Source of the DNA: Prasinococcaceae sp. CCMP 1430
Taxonomy: Eukaryota > Plantae > Prasinodermophyta
Assembly (NCBI GenBank): GCA_013416795.1
Contig: RQSC01000028.1
Coordinates: forward strand, 940,068-972,468
Direction: 5' to 3'
DNA: 32,401 nucleotides
The position numbers were made by a program, and so were the translations under genes. Below the pieces are notes generated by a model. It made no database searches, was not told where the DNA came from, and saw nothing but the letters and a program-made list of their open reading frames with translations. This document shows, piece after piece, positions 1 to 10,560 of this stretch; position 1 is the stretch's first letter; every line of letters starts with the position of its first letter.

Positions 1-491
1 GCAGCCTTGCCGCTGGGCATGGGGGGCTTGGGAGCAGCCGCGGCGCTGATGGCGGCGGGCGCCGCGGGCGCGCCGTCGGCACCGCCGCCGCCTGAGCCGG
101 CGTCGCTACTCGCGGCACTGGCGCCGGCGCCTTTGGCGCCAGCCGCGCCAGCCGCCTCCGCGACCGCCTGCTTGAGCGCCGCGGCGCTGGACTCGCTACC
201 ACCTGCCATCCCGGCGCTGGGCCCCGACCCTCCTCCGACCGACTGCTGCGTGGGCGGCGCCGCCGTGGTGCCCTCGGCACCCTCCGCCTTGGCCGCCGCC
301 TTGTCGAGCTGCTCCTCGCGCATCGCTGCCTTGCGCACCATCTCGCGGTCGCGCCCGATGAGCGAGCGGATGTCCGCCATGGTGCCGTCGTCGACGTAGG
401 CGGTGTCGGGCTTGTCCTTTCCGTCCTTGCCGCCCCTGTTGCCACCGCCGACCTTGAAGGGACCCTCGGCGCACGCGGGCACGTGCCGCCG
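1..491 (-). CDS. Internal or terminal exon of a hypothetical protein, running off the left edge; Ala/Gly-rich low-complexity tail
   Basis: Stop-free frame RRHVPACAEGPFKVGGGNRGGKDGKDKPDTAYVDDGTMADIRSLIGRDREMVRKAAMREEQLDKAAAKAEG... with strongly G/C-ending codons and a candidate CAG acceptor at 494-492. Not in the ORF track because it has no stop inside the window. HxxxC at the start could be the end of a C2HC zinc finger (weak). Confidence 0.5.
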
Positions 492-523
492 CTGCGCGGT
501 CGCGGCGCGCGCCGGGCGGGCAG

Positions 524-719
524 TGCGCGGTGCCGCGTGAAGGCGCGCGCCTCGTCGCCCAGGGCGAGCGCGGAGACCACTTCTACCTGCTCACCGAGGG
601 AGACGTCGAGGTGACGTCGAGCGGCGAGGCGAGCGCGGGCGCAGGCGTGGGCCGCAATGGCAGGGGTGATCTTGCCAGGGCCAGGATGGAGAGCATGGGG
701 GGTTCGGCCGACGAGAAAG
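524..719 (+). CDS. Exon fragment of a cyclic-nucleotide-binding (cNMP/CAP-ED) domain protein, truncated by an N-gap
   Basis: EGARLVAQGERGDHFYLLTEGDVEV matches the cNMP-domain pattern (i)xxqGexgdxfYiixxGxvev. CAG acceptor at 521-523. Confidence 0.6.
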
Positions 720-1414
720 NNNNNNNNNNNNNNNNNNNNNNNNNNNNNNNNNNNNNNNNNNNNNNNNNNNNNNNNNNNNNNNNNNNNNNNNNNNNNNNNN
801 NNNNNNNNNNNNNNNNNNNNNNNNNNNNNNNNNNNNNNNNNNNNNNNNNNNNNNNNNNNNNNNNNNNNNNNNNNNNNNNNNNNNNNNNNNNNNNNNNNNN
901 NNNNNNNNNNNNNNNNNNNNNNNNNNNNNNNNNNNNNNNNNNNNNNNNNNNNNNNNNNNNNNNNNNNNNNNNNNNNNNNNNNNNNNNNNNNNNNNNNNNN
1001 NNNNNNNNNNNNNNNNNNNNNNNNNNNNNNNNNNNNNNNNNNNNNNNNNNNNNNNNNNNNNNNNNNNNNNNNNNNNNNNNNNNNNNNNNNNNNNNNNNNN
1101 NNNNNNNNNNNNNNNNNNNNNNNNNNNNNNNNNNNNNNNNNNNNNNNNNNNNNNNNNNNNNNNNNNNNNNNNNNNNNNNNNNNNNNNNNNNNNNNNNNNN
1201 NNNNNNNNNNNNNNNNNNNNNNNNNNNNNNNNNNNNNNNNNNNNNNNNNNNNNNNNNNNNNNNNNNNNNNNNNNNNNNNNNNNNNNNNNNNNNNNNNNNN
1301 NNNNNNNNNNNNNNNNNNNNNNNNNNNNNNNNNNNNNNNNNNNNNNNNNNNNNNNNNNNNNNNNNNNNNNNNNNNNNNNNNNNNNNNNNNNNNNNNNNNN
1401 NNNNNNNNNNNNNG
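720..1414. other. Assembly gap (695 N)
   Basis: Run of N; probably hides the first exon of prefoldin 2 and the rest of the cNMP gene. Confidence 1.
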
Positions 1415-1736
1415 GGGGGGGAGAGGCACGCGCAATGCGCGGGATGGACGCGCAGCGCGCGCCTCGGCGGCGAGGCGCAGTGGGCGAAGCGTTGGCCCTT
1501 GCGCCATGTGGGCACGCGCAGCACATGCGCAGTTCGCGCACGGCGATCCCTGCCGGCCCCATTCCCCCTGAATCCTTGCGTAGCCCACCTTGGCGCTCCG
1601 GCGCTGGCGTGCGCTGACTCGAGGGCGCGCACGCGAATGGCGCATCGCGCGCATCGCGCCACGGCGTCGCCCTCCCGTGCCCACCCACATCGGGGCACGT
1701 TCCGCCCCCAACGCACCACACGCCGTCCCACCCCAG

Positions 1737-2081
1737 GTGAATCAGCTGTGGCGCAAGATCAATGAGCTGGACATAGAGAAGCAGGAGCACGGCCTGGTGC
1801 TGAGCGCGCTGCAGCCCATGGACGACTCGCGCAAGTGCTTCCGCCTCATTGGAGACGTGCTCGTGGAGCGCACCGTGGGCGAGGTGGCGCCTGCCGTCTC
1901 GCGGAACCAGGACGGCATCGCGCAGCTCATCGACAAGCTGCAGGAGCAGCTCAGCGTGCGCAAGAAGGTCATGTCCGAGTTTCAGGCCAAGTACAAGATC
2001 CAGGTCAAGGGGCAGGGCGGCCAGGAGACGCAACAAGGGCAGGCGCAGGGTTCGCAAGGGGTACTGGTGGGGGAGAGCTAG
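1737..2081 (+). CDS. PFDN2: Prefoldin subunit 2, terminal exon (first exon presumably in the gap)
   Basis: CCCCAG|GTG acceptor, then VNQLWRKINELDIEKQEHGLVLSALQPMDDSRKCFRLIGDVLVERTVGEVAPAV...; RKCFRLIGDVLVERTV is the beta-prefoldin 2 signature. TAG at 2079-2081. Confidence 0.92.
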   Translation: MNQLWRKINELDIEKQEHGLVLSALQPMDDSRKCFRLIGDVLVERTVGEVAPAVSRNQDGIAQLIDKLQEQLSVRKKVMSEFQAKYKIQVKGQGGQETQQGQAQGSQGVLVGES

Positions 2082-2095
2082 CGTAGATGCATGTC

Positions 2096-2100
2096 TGTAA
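2096..2100 (+). promoter_or_regulatory. Candidate UGUAA polyadenylation signal (also at 7146-7150 after the S6 stop and 20433-20437 after the patatin stop)
   Basis: TGTAA lies 15-60 nt downstream of three + strand stop codons. UGUAA is the established chlorophyte poly(A) signal. Confidence 0.4.
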
Positions 2101-2295
2101 GTTACTGTTGCTGGCGGCATCCCCACCCGCTCCGCTCGCCCTGGGAGTGCAGGCGAGCGCTCTGCGCACGGCGCGCCTAGCACGGCGCCGCTCGTCCCTT
2201 ACCGGAGGCTCTGCTCGCGAGGCGCGTGCACTCTCGGTGCGCCTGCGCACGTGCGGCTGCCAGCCTTGTGGCCCCGCTGCGTGCCCTGGCGCGGC

Positions 2296-4069
2296 TCAGA
2301 AGCCCGCTGCGGACCTGGCGGCCTGGTTGCGCGCCTGTTCCGCCTCCTCCTTCAGCCGGTCAGCACCCCCGCTCGACCTGAACCTGCAGTACACCAGCTT
2401 TATGTTCCAGAAGGAGATGAGCGTCTCGATGACCCACATGCTGGCGCCAATGATGTAGATGACACCCAGCCACGTGGAGTGTTCGAACGCGAACGTCACC
2501 ATCGGCATGAAGCCAACAAACGCCTGGCCGTCGTATGCCATGATCGGGGGGCCCACGGCCGCCCAGCCGCTGAAGACCACGTGGATCAGCCTGCGTGGGC
2601 AGCGATGGGTGGGGAAGGTCATCGTCCGAGGAGACGGGGAGGGCAGTCGCGGCGGGTCAGCGGTATTCCCACAGCAGCGGGAGATCGCGCGCCCGCTGTC
2701 ACGTGCGCGCAGGTGGGCGCGTGCGTGGGTGCGTGCTCGCCGGCGGGTGCACAAGCGCGGGCGCGACTCGAGCACTCCTGGGCGTGCCCTCGCGCGTCCC
2801 TGCGCGGGCGCGGGCGGCGCCAACGCACTTGAAGAGGAAGTAGCCCGCGTACGTGAGCGCACTGTCCTTCTGCGTGGCGTGGTAGAGCCTCAAGTACCAC
2901 AGAATGAAACCCAGCGGAACGCCGCAGACAAGGTACAGCGCACTCAGGAACCACGAGGCCGCGCTGTCGTCCTCGAGGGCGCCGGCCCCCCACGCCATCG
3001 TCACGCCCATGAAGTTCCACGAGAGGCAAAGGCACAGGCCAATGAATGCCCAGTAATTGTGCTTCACCATGCGCTGATGCTCAACGGGAATCTGCGCGCC
3101 GAGGAGTGCAAGGGCGCGAGCGTGCGCGCGCGGACCGTGCGGCGGCTCGTCAGCAGAAGGTGCGACGGCGCCCGAGCAGCGGACACTGCTGCCACCCGCG
3201 CGAGCGAAAACGTGCGATGGATGGACAGAGAGAGAGAGGGACAGAAAAAGAGAGCAGGCGCGCCTGCTCGGTCGCGTGGCGCGAGCGCTCGCGAGGGCAC
3301 ACGCACCTCGCCCTCGATGTCGTGGTACATGAGGGGGTAGCACCTCGGCCAGTTCCTGACCTTACCGCCGCCGCGCGAGCGTAGCTCGTCCTCGCGCCTG
3401 CGCAACGCTTCCTCGCGGCGCGCGAGGGCATCCTCGCGCCGCCGCAGGTCCGCATCGGCGCCCCCGGAGGAGCTGCCAGCGCCCGAGGAGCTCGTGGGGA
3501 CGCCCGATCCGAACGAAGATACGCTGAGAACATTGGTAGTGCGCGCATGGGCGAGCGGAAGGGTCACGGAAAGGAGGCCAGCGCAGCGCGGCGCCCAAGG
3601 CGGGGGCGAGCGGCGCGTCAGCGCGGGTCTCGGCTTCGCGCCCCCTCCGGCGCCACGCGAGCGGCGCGCGAGCCTCGCCCACCCACCACAGCACCACCAC
3701 ACAAGCACGCGCTCTGAGGGCGCAAACAGCGAGCACCCGTGCCGGCGCTGGCCCTGACGCTGCGCCGGTGGCGCCGGCTGCGCTGTCGCACCCTCCCTTG
3801 CTGCCGATTCCCGGGCTGCCGGCCGGCTTGCCCCCGCGCGTGCCGGCCTTGGACGCGGCCGACGGCTTGAAGAATGTCCCAGCGGCGGGCGGCCCGGGAT
3901 CAGCCTCGAGCGTCGCCGCCGATGGCGCCGGCTCAGGCGCGCCCGCATCCTGCGTCGCCGGGTCGGCGAACGGGTTCGGCTCGTCGCCGAACGGGTTGTC
4001 GTCGCCGCCGCCGCCCCCGCCGCCGCTCGGGCCGAACGGGCTGGGGTTGCCGAAGGGGTTGTCGCTCAT
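2296..4069 (-). CDS. SCAMP: Secretory carrier membrane protein (SCAMP), 4 exons: 4069-3792, 3523-3307, 3091-2829, 2590-2296 (350 aa)
   Basis: N-terminal NPF repeats (DNPFG, DDNPFG, PNPFAD), coiled coil LRRREDALARREEALRRREDEL, NWP...PLMYHDI motif, four TM segments and the LWYLRLYHA E-peptide. All GT-AG junctions are phase-compatible (2,0,2). Confidence 0.93.
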
Positions 4070-4837
4070 TGCTGTGGTTGACAGCGGCGGTCGCGACGGT
4101 GCCGGGGGGTGCACGCTCGGGCGCCCCGCGCACGCGCCCTCTCCCGGCCGGCGCTGTGGCGCGCGCCGCGCGGCACGGCGAGGAACAGCGACAGTGTCGT
4201 GCCGCGCGTGCGCGCTTCCGAAAAGCGTTTCAATATGCCCGCCTGCAGCGCGACGCCGGCCGGCCGACCCACCGACCGAGGGCCGTTCGCGTTCCCCCGC
4301 GCACCAACCGAAACCGACCGCGCACGCGCGCGAGCGCGCGCGCGAGCGAACGAGCGGGAGGGTGGGACAGAGCCCAGCCGGCAGCGGCGGAAGCGCAGGG
4401 GAATCCATCGATCGGATACTCCATCCTTGCTTGTCTCGCCGGCGCCGCGCTCCCGCCGCGGGCGCAGCGGCGCGAGCCCGACCGGGGTCCGCGCCCAGCC
4501 TGCCGTCCGTCCGGCCGCCTCGATCCAGCCAGGCAGTAAGCCAGCCAGGCGGTTGCTGGCTCGACTGCCCTGCCCGGGCTGCGGGCTGCACCGGGGCGGC
4601 CGCCGCGCCCGCCGCGGCGTGCGCGTTTGAATTCCGCGAGCGCCGCGCGCTTGGGGAACGGCGCGCCACTCCTCTCATCACTCAACACGCCAGTCGCTCG
4701 GCCGCATGTCAGTCGGCGATCAGCTCGCTCGCTCGCTCGGCCGGACTTGAATGGAGGAATTTCAATTTGCTTCCTTCGAACAACAGACACGTCGCGACGC
4801 GACGGACGGAGCGGGCTGTCCTGCCGGAGCTTGATGG

Positions 4838-4868
4838 AGATCGATCGCTGCATCGATCGATCGATCGA
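4838..4868. repeat. (GATC)n microsatellite; a shorter copy lies at ~31814-31826
   Basis: gatcgatcg...atcgatcgatcgatcga read directly, in the divergent SCAMP/S6 intergenic region. Confidence 0.7.
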
Positions 4869-5196
4869 CGCGCGAGGCTTTGTTTGTACATACGTATGTT
4901 TGTCGTTTGTCTGGCTGGCCTCCGTGCCTGTCCTGTCCATGCCCGCGTTATGGACGTGGCGCGCCACGAGCGGGGCGCCTCATCACATCACGAGCGCGGC
5001 GCATCACACATCACATCACATTCAATCAATCGATCCATCAAAACACACACGCACACAGACACACCAAGAAGTCCACCCATCACCATCGGCGGGCGTCGAT
5101 GGAGGGCTCGGCCCGCTGCCCGTTCGCCACGTCACGACGGCGGTGGGTGGGGTGGGTGGCGCGCCGCCGCGGCAGCCGCGGCGCACCTCAGTGCGC

Positions 5197-5660
5197 NNNN
5201 NNNNNNNNNNNNNNNNNNNNNNNNNNNNNNNNNNNNNNNNNNNNNNNNNNNNNNNNNNNNNNNNNNNNNNNNNNNNNNNNNNNNNNNNNNNNNNNNNNNN
5301 NNNNNNNNNNNNNNNNNNNNNNNNNNNNNNNNNNNNNNNNNNNNNNNNNNNNNNNNNNNNNNNNNNNNNNNNNNNNNNNNNNNNNNNNNNNNNNNNNNNN
5401 NNNNNNNNNNNNNNNNNNNNNNNNNNNNNNNNNNNNNNNNNNNNNNNNNNNNNNNNNNNNNNNNNNNNNNNNNNNNNNNNNNNNNNNNNNNNNNNNNNNN
5501 NNNNNNNNNNNNNNNNNNNNNNNNNNNNNNNNNNNNNNNNNNNNNNNNNNNNNNNNNNNNNNNNNNNNNNNNNNNNNNNNNNNNNNNNNNNNNNNNNNNN
5601 NNNNNNNNNNNNNNNNNNNNNNNNNNNNNNNNNNNNNNNNNNNNNNNNNNNNNNNNNNNN
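5197..5660. other. Assembly gap (464 N)
   Basis: Run of N; probably contains the start codon of the S6-family gene. Confidence 1.
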
Positions 5661-7088
5661 CGCCGCGCCCGCGCGCCGCGCGGCCGCCAAGCTCGCGCTC
5701 GGGGGGTGCAGCAGCAGCGGCAGCAGCAGCAGCAGGGGGGAGCTTCAGGTGCGTGCGCGGGGGACGGCGCGGGGGAGAAGGGAGGGGGCGGAGAGGGGCG
5801 AGAGGCGGGGGGCAACGAGGGACGGAGGGGGCGTGGGACGCCGGCCGAGCGCCCCGCGCCCTGCTCCGCGCGCGGCGCGGCACTTTATCCGCGGGGGCAG
5901 GAAAAATGGAGGGTTTCCGCCCGTGCGTTCCGACCGAGGGCGCGCGCGCGGGGAGGGGCGCGCGCCCGCGCCTCCACGCGCCTGCGCGCGCGCGGCGGAA
6001 GCGGGATGGGTGTGCGAAATGCTCGGGTGGCGAGCGCACGCGGGCACCGAGGGTCCCCCCTCCCCCCCCCGGAGCTCCTCACGGCGCCAACGCTGACGCC
6101 CCGCGCGTGCCCCTCTCTCGCGTCGCGCGCGTCACCTCCCAATTGTCGGGTTTTCCCGCGCGCGCGCGCTCCGCGGCGCTCGCTCCACACACAGGTGGCG
6201 CGCGCGGTGGCAGGTGGCGAGACCGAGGACGTGGTCTTCGACTCGAACCCGGCGGCGGAGAAGGTCACAGGTGAGAAGCCCGAAGGGCGCGCGCCAGCGC
6301 TACGCCCTGCGTGCGCAGGGTACGCGCTCAGGTTGGCCCGCGTCGCGCACGCGCGCGCGAACGGCGCAGGCCTGCAGCCGTGCGGGCGACCCCCGACGTG
6401 CAAAGCACGGGCGGTGGCGCGACCTTTGCGAGCGCCACGCGACCGGCGCCGAAAATTCCGCGGTCGGCGGCGGGTGTGGGTTTGCCCGCTCGCCAAGGAG
6501 GGCGAATGCCCCGCCGGCGGCGAGGGTTATGGGAGCGTGTGCTCGCGCATCACGAGAGAGCCGGTGGTGCCCGCCGGCACTGGCTACAGCGCGCGCTACG
6601 CGCGCGGCTGCGCGCCGACCCCGCGGCTCTCGCGCCCTCTCGCTCGCTGTCCGCACGCCCCATCCGCACGCTGACCGTTCTCGCGCCCCGCCACGGCCCG
6701 ACTTCCCTCCCTCGCCATCACCCTACCCCGCCCACGGCGCCTCCCCCCCCCCCGCCCTTCAGGTCGCCACTACGAGATCTGTTACCTCATCTCCCCCGAC
6801 AACTCGCAGGAGGCCCTCCAGGAGGTGATTGTCAAGTACAAGAGCATGATTGAGGAGCAGGGGGGGACCATCCACCGGCTCGAGGACTGGGGCCGCCGCC
6901 CGCTTGCGTACGCCATCAAGGGCAAGCTTGACGCCAACTACGTGCTCATGAACTTCGAGGTCGACCCGGAGGCGCTCACCGAGTTCAACACCGAGCTCAA
7001 CAAAGACGAGAAGGTCATCCGCTTCATGACCTTCTCGAGGAAGGAGGCCATCTCCGAGCCCTCGCCCATGCTCGGCGGGCTCGCGTAA
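5661..7088 (+). CDS. Nucleus-encoded organellar bacterial-type ribosomal protein S6 (bS6) family protein with transit peptide; exons <5661-5748, 6195-6270, 6763-7088
   Basis: Spliced product ...AAPARRAAAKLALGGCSSSGSSSSRGELQ|VARAVAGGETEDVVFDSNPAAEKVTG|RHYEICYLISPDNSQEAL...IHRLEDWGRRPLAYAIK...NYVLMNFE...DEKVIRFMTFSRKEAISEPSPML. Junction phases (0,1) fit. The Ser/Ala/Arg-rich leader ending in VARA resembles a plastid transit peptide. Confidence 0.9.
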
Positions 7089-7750
7089 GTGCGCCTCGAG
7101 CGCCTCACCCTGTTCCATTAACAGTCCCGACCTGAGACAAGCGCGTGTAACACACCCCTTCATAAGCGACGACCGAGTCGAGCCTGTGCTTGCGCCCGAG
7201 CGGCAACGGTCCAGGCGTGCCCCGAGGTCGCCGCTCCACGTAGACTGCGCGGGCTTGCTCGCGGGGCGACAGTGGTCGCCGCCACCGCCGCGGCGCGGCG
7301 CGCTGTGCGGCGCACGAACTGCCCGCTGCTCCTCCCGTCCGTCGCTTGAGTAGGGACATCGCTTGCGAAGCGCGCGCCCGCGACCGCTCTCACGGCATGC
7401 GAGTGCTGCCCCTGCCCCACCCGCAGCGCGGTCGCACTGCCAGCCAAAGCAGGCAGGCGCGGGCCTCAGCAGTCGGCCGGCCATCCCGCCAGCGTAGTAG
7501 TGCGTACTGCGGAGTGCGCGCGCCTCGCGCAATACCGCAACCAACCAGCGCAATTCTGAGGTGCGCCCTGCGGCGCGGCCGCTGCGGCTCGTGAGCAGGG
7601 GGCTCCCGTGCTGGCCCACGGGTCTGTGCGGGGAGGCGCGGGACGGGGTGGGTGTGGGCGGCGGGCGCGGCTGGAAGCGCGTCGCGCCACAGGGAGCGGC
7701 TGGCGCGGCCGTGGCGGCCCGGTGCCGCTGGCGGCCCTCGGCCGCAGGCG

Positions 7751-8863
7751 ATGCCGCCGCCAGCTACGGTGCTGGATCCGGACAAGCGCGCCGCCGCGTA
7801 CAGGTGGTTCATGGGCGGGACGAGCGCGCCGCCGCCGCTCGTCGACGGGGGCTCGGGAGAGGCCGGCGCCGGCGCGCACCACGCCGAGCCGCGGCGCACG
7901 CCGCGAGCACAAGGCGGGGGGGGCGAGCAGGGGGGGAACGACGAGGGCCTGGGGTCCCATGGCGGGTGGCGTGAGGAAGGGGAGCCGCAATTCCCGGAAG
8001 GCGACGCGGGCGGCGCCCCCGCTGCCACCGCCGGCCTTGCCGATGATGCCGCTGCCGATGGCAGCCTCGCCACGCGAGCCAACGAGGGGTACGCCCTGAC
8101 CAAGTGCGAGCGCTTCCTAGTAGACTACGCGCGCCGCGGTGCGAGCGCGGCGCGTGGCGCGGCGCAACGAGGAGAAGCGGCCTTGGTGGCCACGTGCCGC
8201 GACGCGCTGGGGCGGACGATGCTTGCTCTGGCTGCTCTGCGGGGGGACCTCGACGGCGCGAGCGCCGCACTCGCGCACGGGGCCGACGTGCACGAGGGTG
8301 ATGCTCACGGCGTTGCGCCGCTTGCGCTTGCTGCGTGGCGCGGCCACCATCGCATGGTCGACTTCCTGCTCGAGCACGCGCAGGCGGACCCTTCACGAGT
8401 CGACGCGTTCGGTGTGACGGCGCTGCATCGCGCAGTCGGGCATCGGCGCCTGCATGCCACCGCGCGGCTGCTCGGCGCGGCAGGCGTGGACGCGTCCGCG
8501 CGCACATTGCCAGCGACAGTGCCAGAGTCGTACGGCGCGCGCTCGCTGGGCCAGACTCCGCTGCACATCGCGCGCGGCGACGCAGCGCTCACGCGGCTGC
8601 TGTTGAGATACCGCGCGGCGCCCGCCGCGGTTGACGACCGTGGCGACACCCCGCTTCATCTCGCAGCAGAGCAGGGCGCGCTCGAGGCGTGCCGCCTGCT
8701 CCTCAAGGCCGGCGCGGACGCCGACGCGGCCAACCGCGACGGCAAGCGGCCTGCCGACATGCTGCCAGACCATGCGAGCAAGACGCTCGCGGACGTGCTG
8801 CTCGCAGCCGAGGCGAGCTCGCGCGCCAGGAAGAGGGCTGAGCAGGCGCGTGCGGCGGGCTGA
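7751..8863 (+). CDS. Ankyrin-repeat protein (about 5-6 repeats), single exon
   Basis: Repeats GRTMLALAA, GVAPLALAAWRGH, GVTALHRAV, GQTPLHIA, GDTPLHLAAEQGALEACRLLLKAGADADAANRDGKRPAD. First ATG in frame is at 7751. Confidence 0.9.
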   Translation: MPPPATVLDPDKRAAAYRWFMGGTSAPPPLVDGGSGEAGAGAHHAEPRRTPRAQGGGGEQGGNDEGLGSHGGWREEGEPQFPEGDAGGAPAATAGLADDAAADGSLATRANEGYALTKCERFLVDYARRGASAARGAAQRGEAALVATCRDALGRTMLALAALRGDLDGASAALAHGADVHEGDAHGVAPLALAAWRGHHRMVDFLLEHAQADPSRVDAFGVTALHRAVGHRRLHATARLLGAAGVDASARTLPATVPESYGARSLGQTPLHIARGDAALTRLLLRYRAAPAAVDDRGDTPLHLAAEQGALEACRLLLKAGADADAANRDGKRPADMLPDHASKTLADVLLAAEASSRARKRAEQARAAG

Positions 8864-9250
8864 GGCGCTGCCGCCGCCCGCCGCCGCACGCGATGGGGGC
8901 CCCGTGCCGGCGAGTCGGCCATGTGATGTATCATACATTGTGATTTTATGTGGTGGTGCGCGTTTGTTGCGCCTGCCCGCTGTGGGGCGCGCGGTGTTTT
9001 TGCATCGCCAGAATTGGTTTTGATTCCCTCGTGCCGTTGCTGCCTGGTTCGCGCGTGCCTGCGCCTGGCCGTCGCTGGTGCGAGGCCAGTGCCTGATGCA
9101 GCTCCCGTGCCCGGTCGTCGCCGCCTCGCCAACGATCGTTTCGTCTCTCCCTCCCTCCGCCTGAGTCCCTGCCTCCCTCGTCCAGGGCGGCCCCTACCTA
9201 CAACCAAACAATAATAGTGCTTGTCGCTAGTCGACAACGCGCAGCTGCGC

Positions 9251-10519
9251 TCAGGAGGGCGTGTGCTGCGACGGCGCCACGCCGGACGAGCCCGTCCCCC
9301 CGACGGGCTGGCCCGCCGGGTAGAACACGCCATGCGGCGTCATCGAGCCACCGAATTGCGGGTGGTAGGCGCCTTGCATCATCATTGGCATCGCCATCCC
9401 AGGCACCATCCCCCAGAAGCCCATCGGCGCGCCTGCGCCTCCGTAAGAGCCGGCAGGCGGCACCTGCGCGAGCATCGCGAGCATCGCCGCGTGGTACTGC
9501 GCGACCGCCTCCGAGGGCTTGTCCGTCGAGCCCGCGCGGGCGTTCACGAAGCTCGCCACGGCGTTGGCAGCCTCGAGCGCGGCAACGTCAGCGAGAGTCA
9601 TCGCGCCGCCCGCGGCGGCGGGCGTGACCTCCGGCCCGGCGGCGGCCTGTGCCGGCTGCTGCGCCCAGCTGCTGCCCGAGCCCTGCGGCGACCCCGCCTT
9701 GCTCCGGTCATCGACAGAGTCCTCGCCCTGCGCCTTGGGCCGTCGCGCGCGCGTCGATCTGGCCCCCTCCGCGATGCTGTCGTCAGCGACGGTCCTGGCA
9801 TCGACTCCGTCCGCCTCGTCCTCGTCCAGGAGCGCCTTGTGCTCGGCGGACAGCACCGCGCACAGAAGGCCCATCGGGTGTGTGGCATCGCCCTCCGACA
9901 GGCGCGTGGCGGCCGGCGCGTGAGGGCGCGCGCGCTTGGTGGCCAACGCGCCTCCCTCGGGCGACGACACGGAGTTGCGGCGACGCTTTGCGTGGGCGCC
10001 CTTGTCCGCGCCCTTGCGGCCGGCAGACACGAGGCTGGTGGTCGTCGTGCTGTCCGGCTGGCTGTGGCCCGGCGGGGGCCTGCGATGCATGCGGATGAGC
10101 TTGCGGCCCGGCATAGTGAGGGTGTAGTGCTGGGGCTCGCCGTTGGCGTCCAGCGCCTCCTCCGCGCCGTCGGCGTCGCCCTCGGGCACCACCGCGCGCA
10201 CCTCGCCGGGCGCTGTGCCGCTCGTCGGGCGCGCGAGGCCGAGCGCAATCACGTTGGCGAGTGCCGCGGGCGTGCCCCCATCCCCGCGGCGCGGCTTCAC
10301 GTACTCGGAGCCCAGCCGGCGCTTGAGCGTGACGAGCCGAAACGCCGTCGCCGAGCCGCGGCGATGCGCTTGGTTGAGGCCGCGCAGCACGCCGCGCTCC
10401 GCCTCGCTGAGCTCGGTGAGCACGAACACGGCGCGGCCCGTCTTTGTGTCGTACCCCAACGCGGCGCCGCTGAGGGCCGAGCTATTGGCTGCCGTGCCGG
10501 ATGGTGCTGCGGTGTCCAT
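9251..10519 (-). CDS. Hypothetical protein, possibly nuclear; N-terminal winged-helix-like segment, basic NLS-like motifs and a Met/Pro/Gln-rich C-terminus
   Basis: Long uninterrupted ORF with GC-ending codons. Start at 10519 (MDTAAP) or 10570. KRRRNS and KRARP basic clusters. AT-richer 3' flank at ~9200-9220. Confidence 0.6.
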   Translation of the reverse strand: MDTAAPSGTAANSSALSGAALGYDTKTGRAVFVLTELSEAERGVLRGLNQAHRRGSATAFRLVTLKRRLGSEYVKPRRGDGGTPAALANVIALGLARPTSGTAPGEVRAVVPEGDADGAEEALDANGEPQHYTLTMPGRKLIRMHRRPPPGHSQPDSTTTTSLVSAGRKGADKGAHAKRRRNSVSSPEGGALATKRARPHAPAATRLSEGDATHPMGLLCAVLSAEHKALLDEDEADGVDARTVADDSIAEGARSTRARRPKAQGEDSVDDRSKAGSPQGSGSSWAQQPAQAAAGPEVTPAAAGGAMTLADVAALEAANAVASFVNARAGSTDKPSEAVAQYHAAMLAMLAQVPPAGSYGGAGAPMGFWGMVPGMAMPMMMQGAYHPQFGGSMTPHGVFYPAGQPVGGTGSSGVAPSQHTPS

Positions 10520-10560
10520 GCTGCCCCGGAGCGACGTCGCCGCGCGGCCTCGGCCCCCCA

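Noticed and set aside
3768-6674. 968-aa ORF and other long ORFs running through N-gaps
   Set aside because: They are created by N read-through and low stop-codon frequency in GC-rich DNA; they join antisense, intergenic and intronic sequence.
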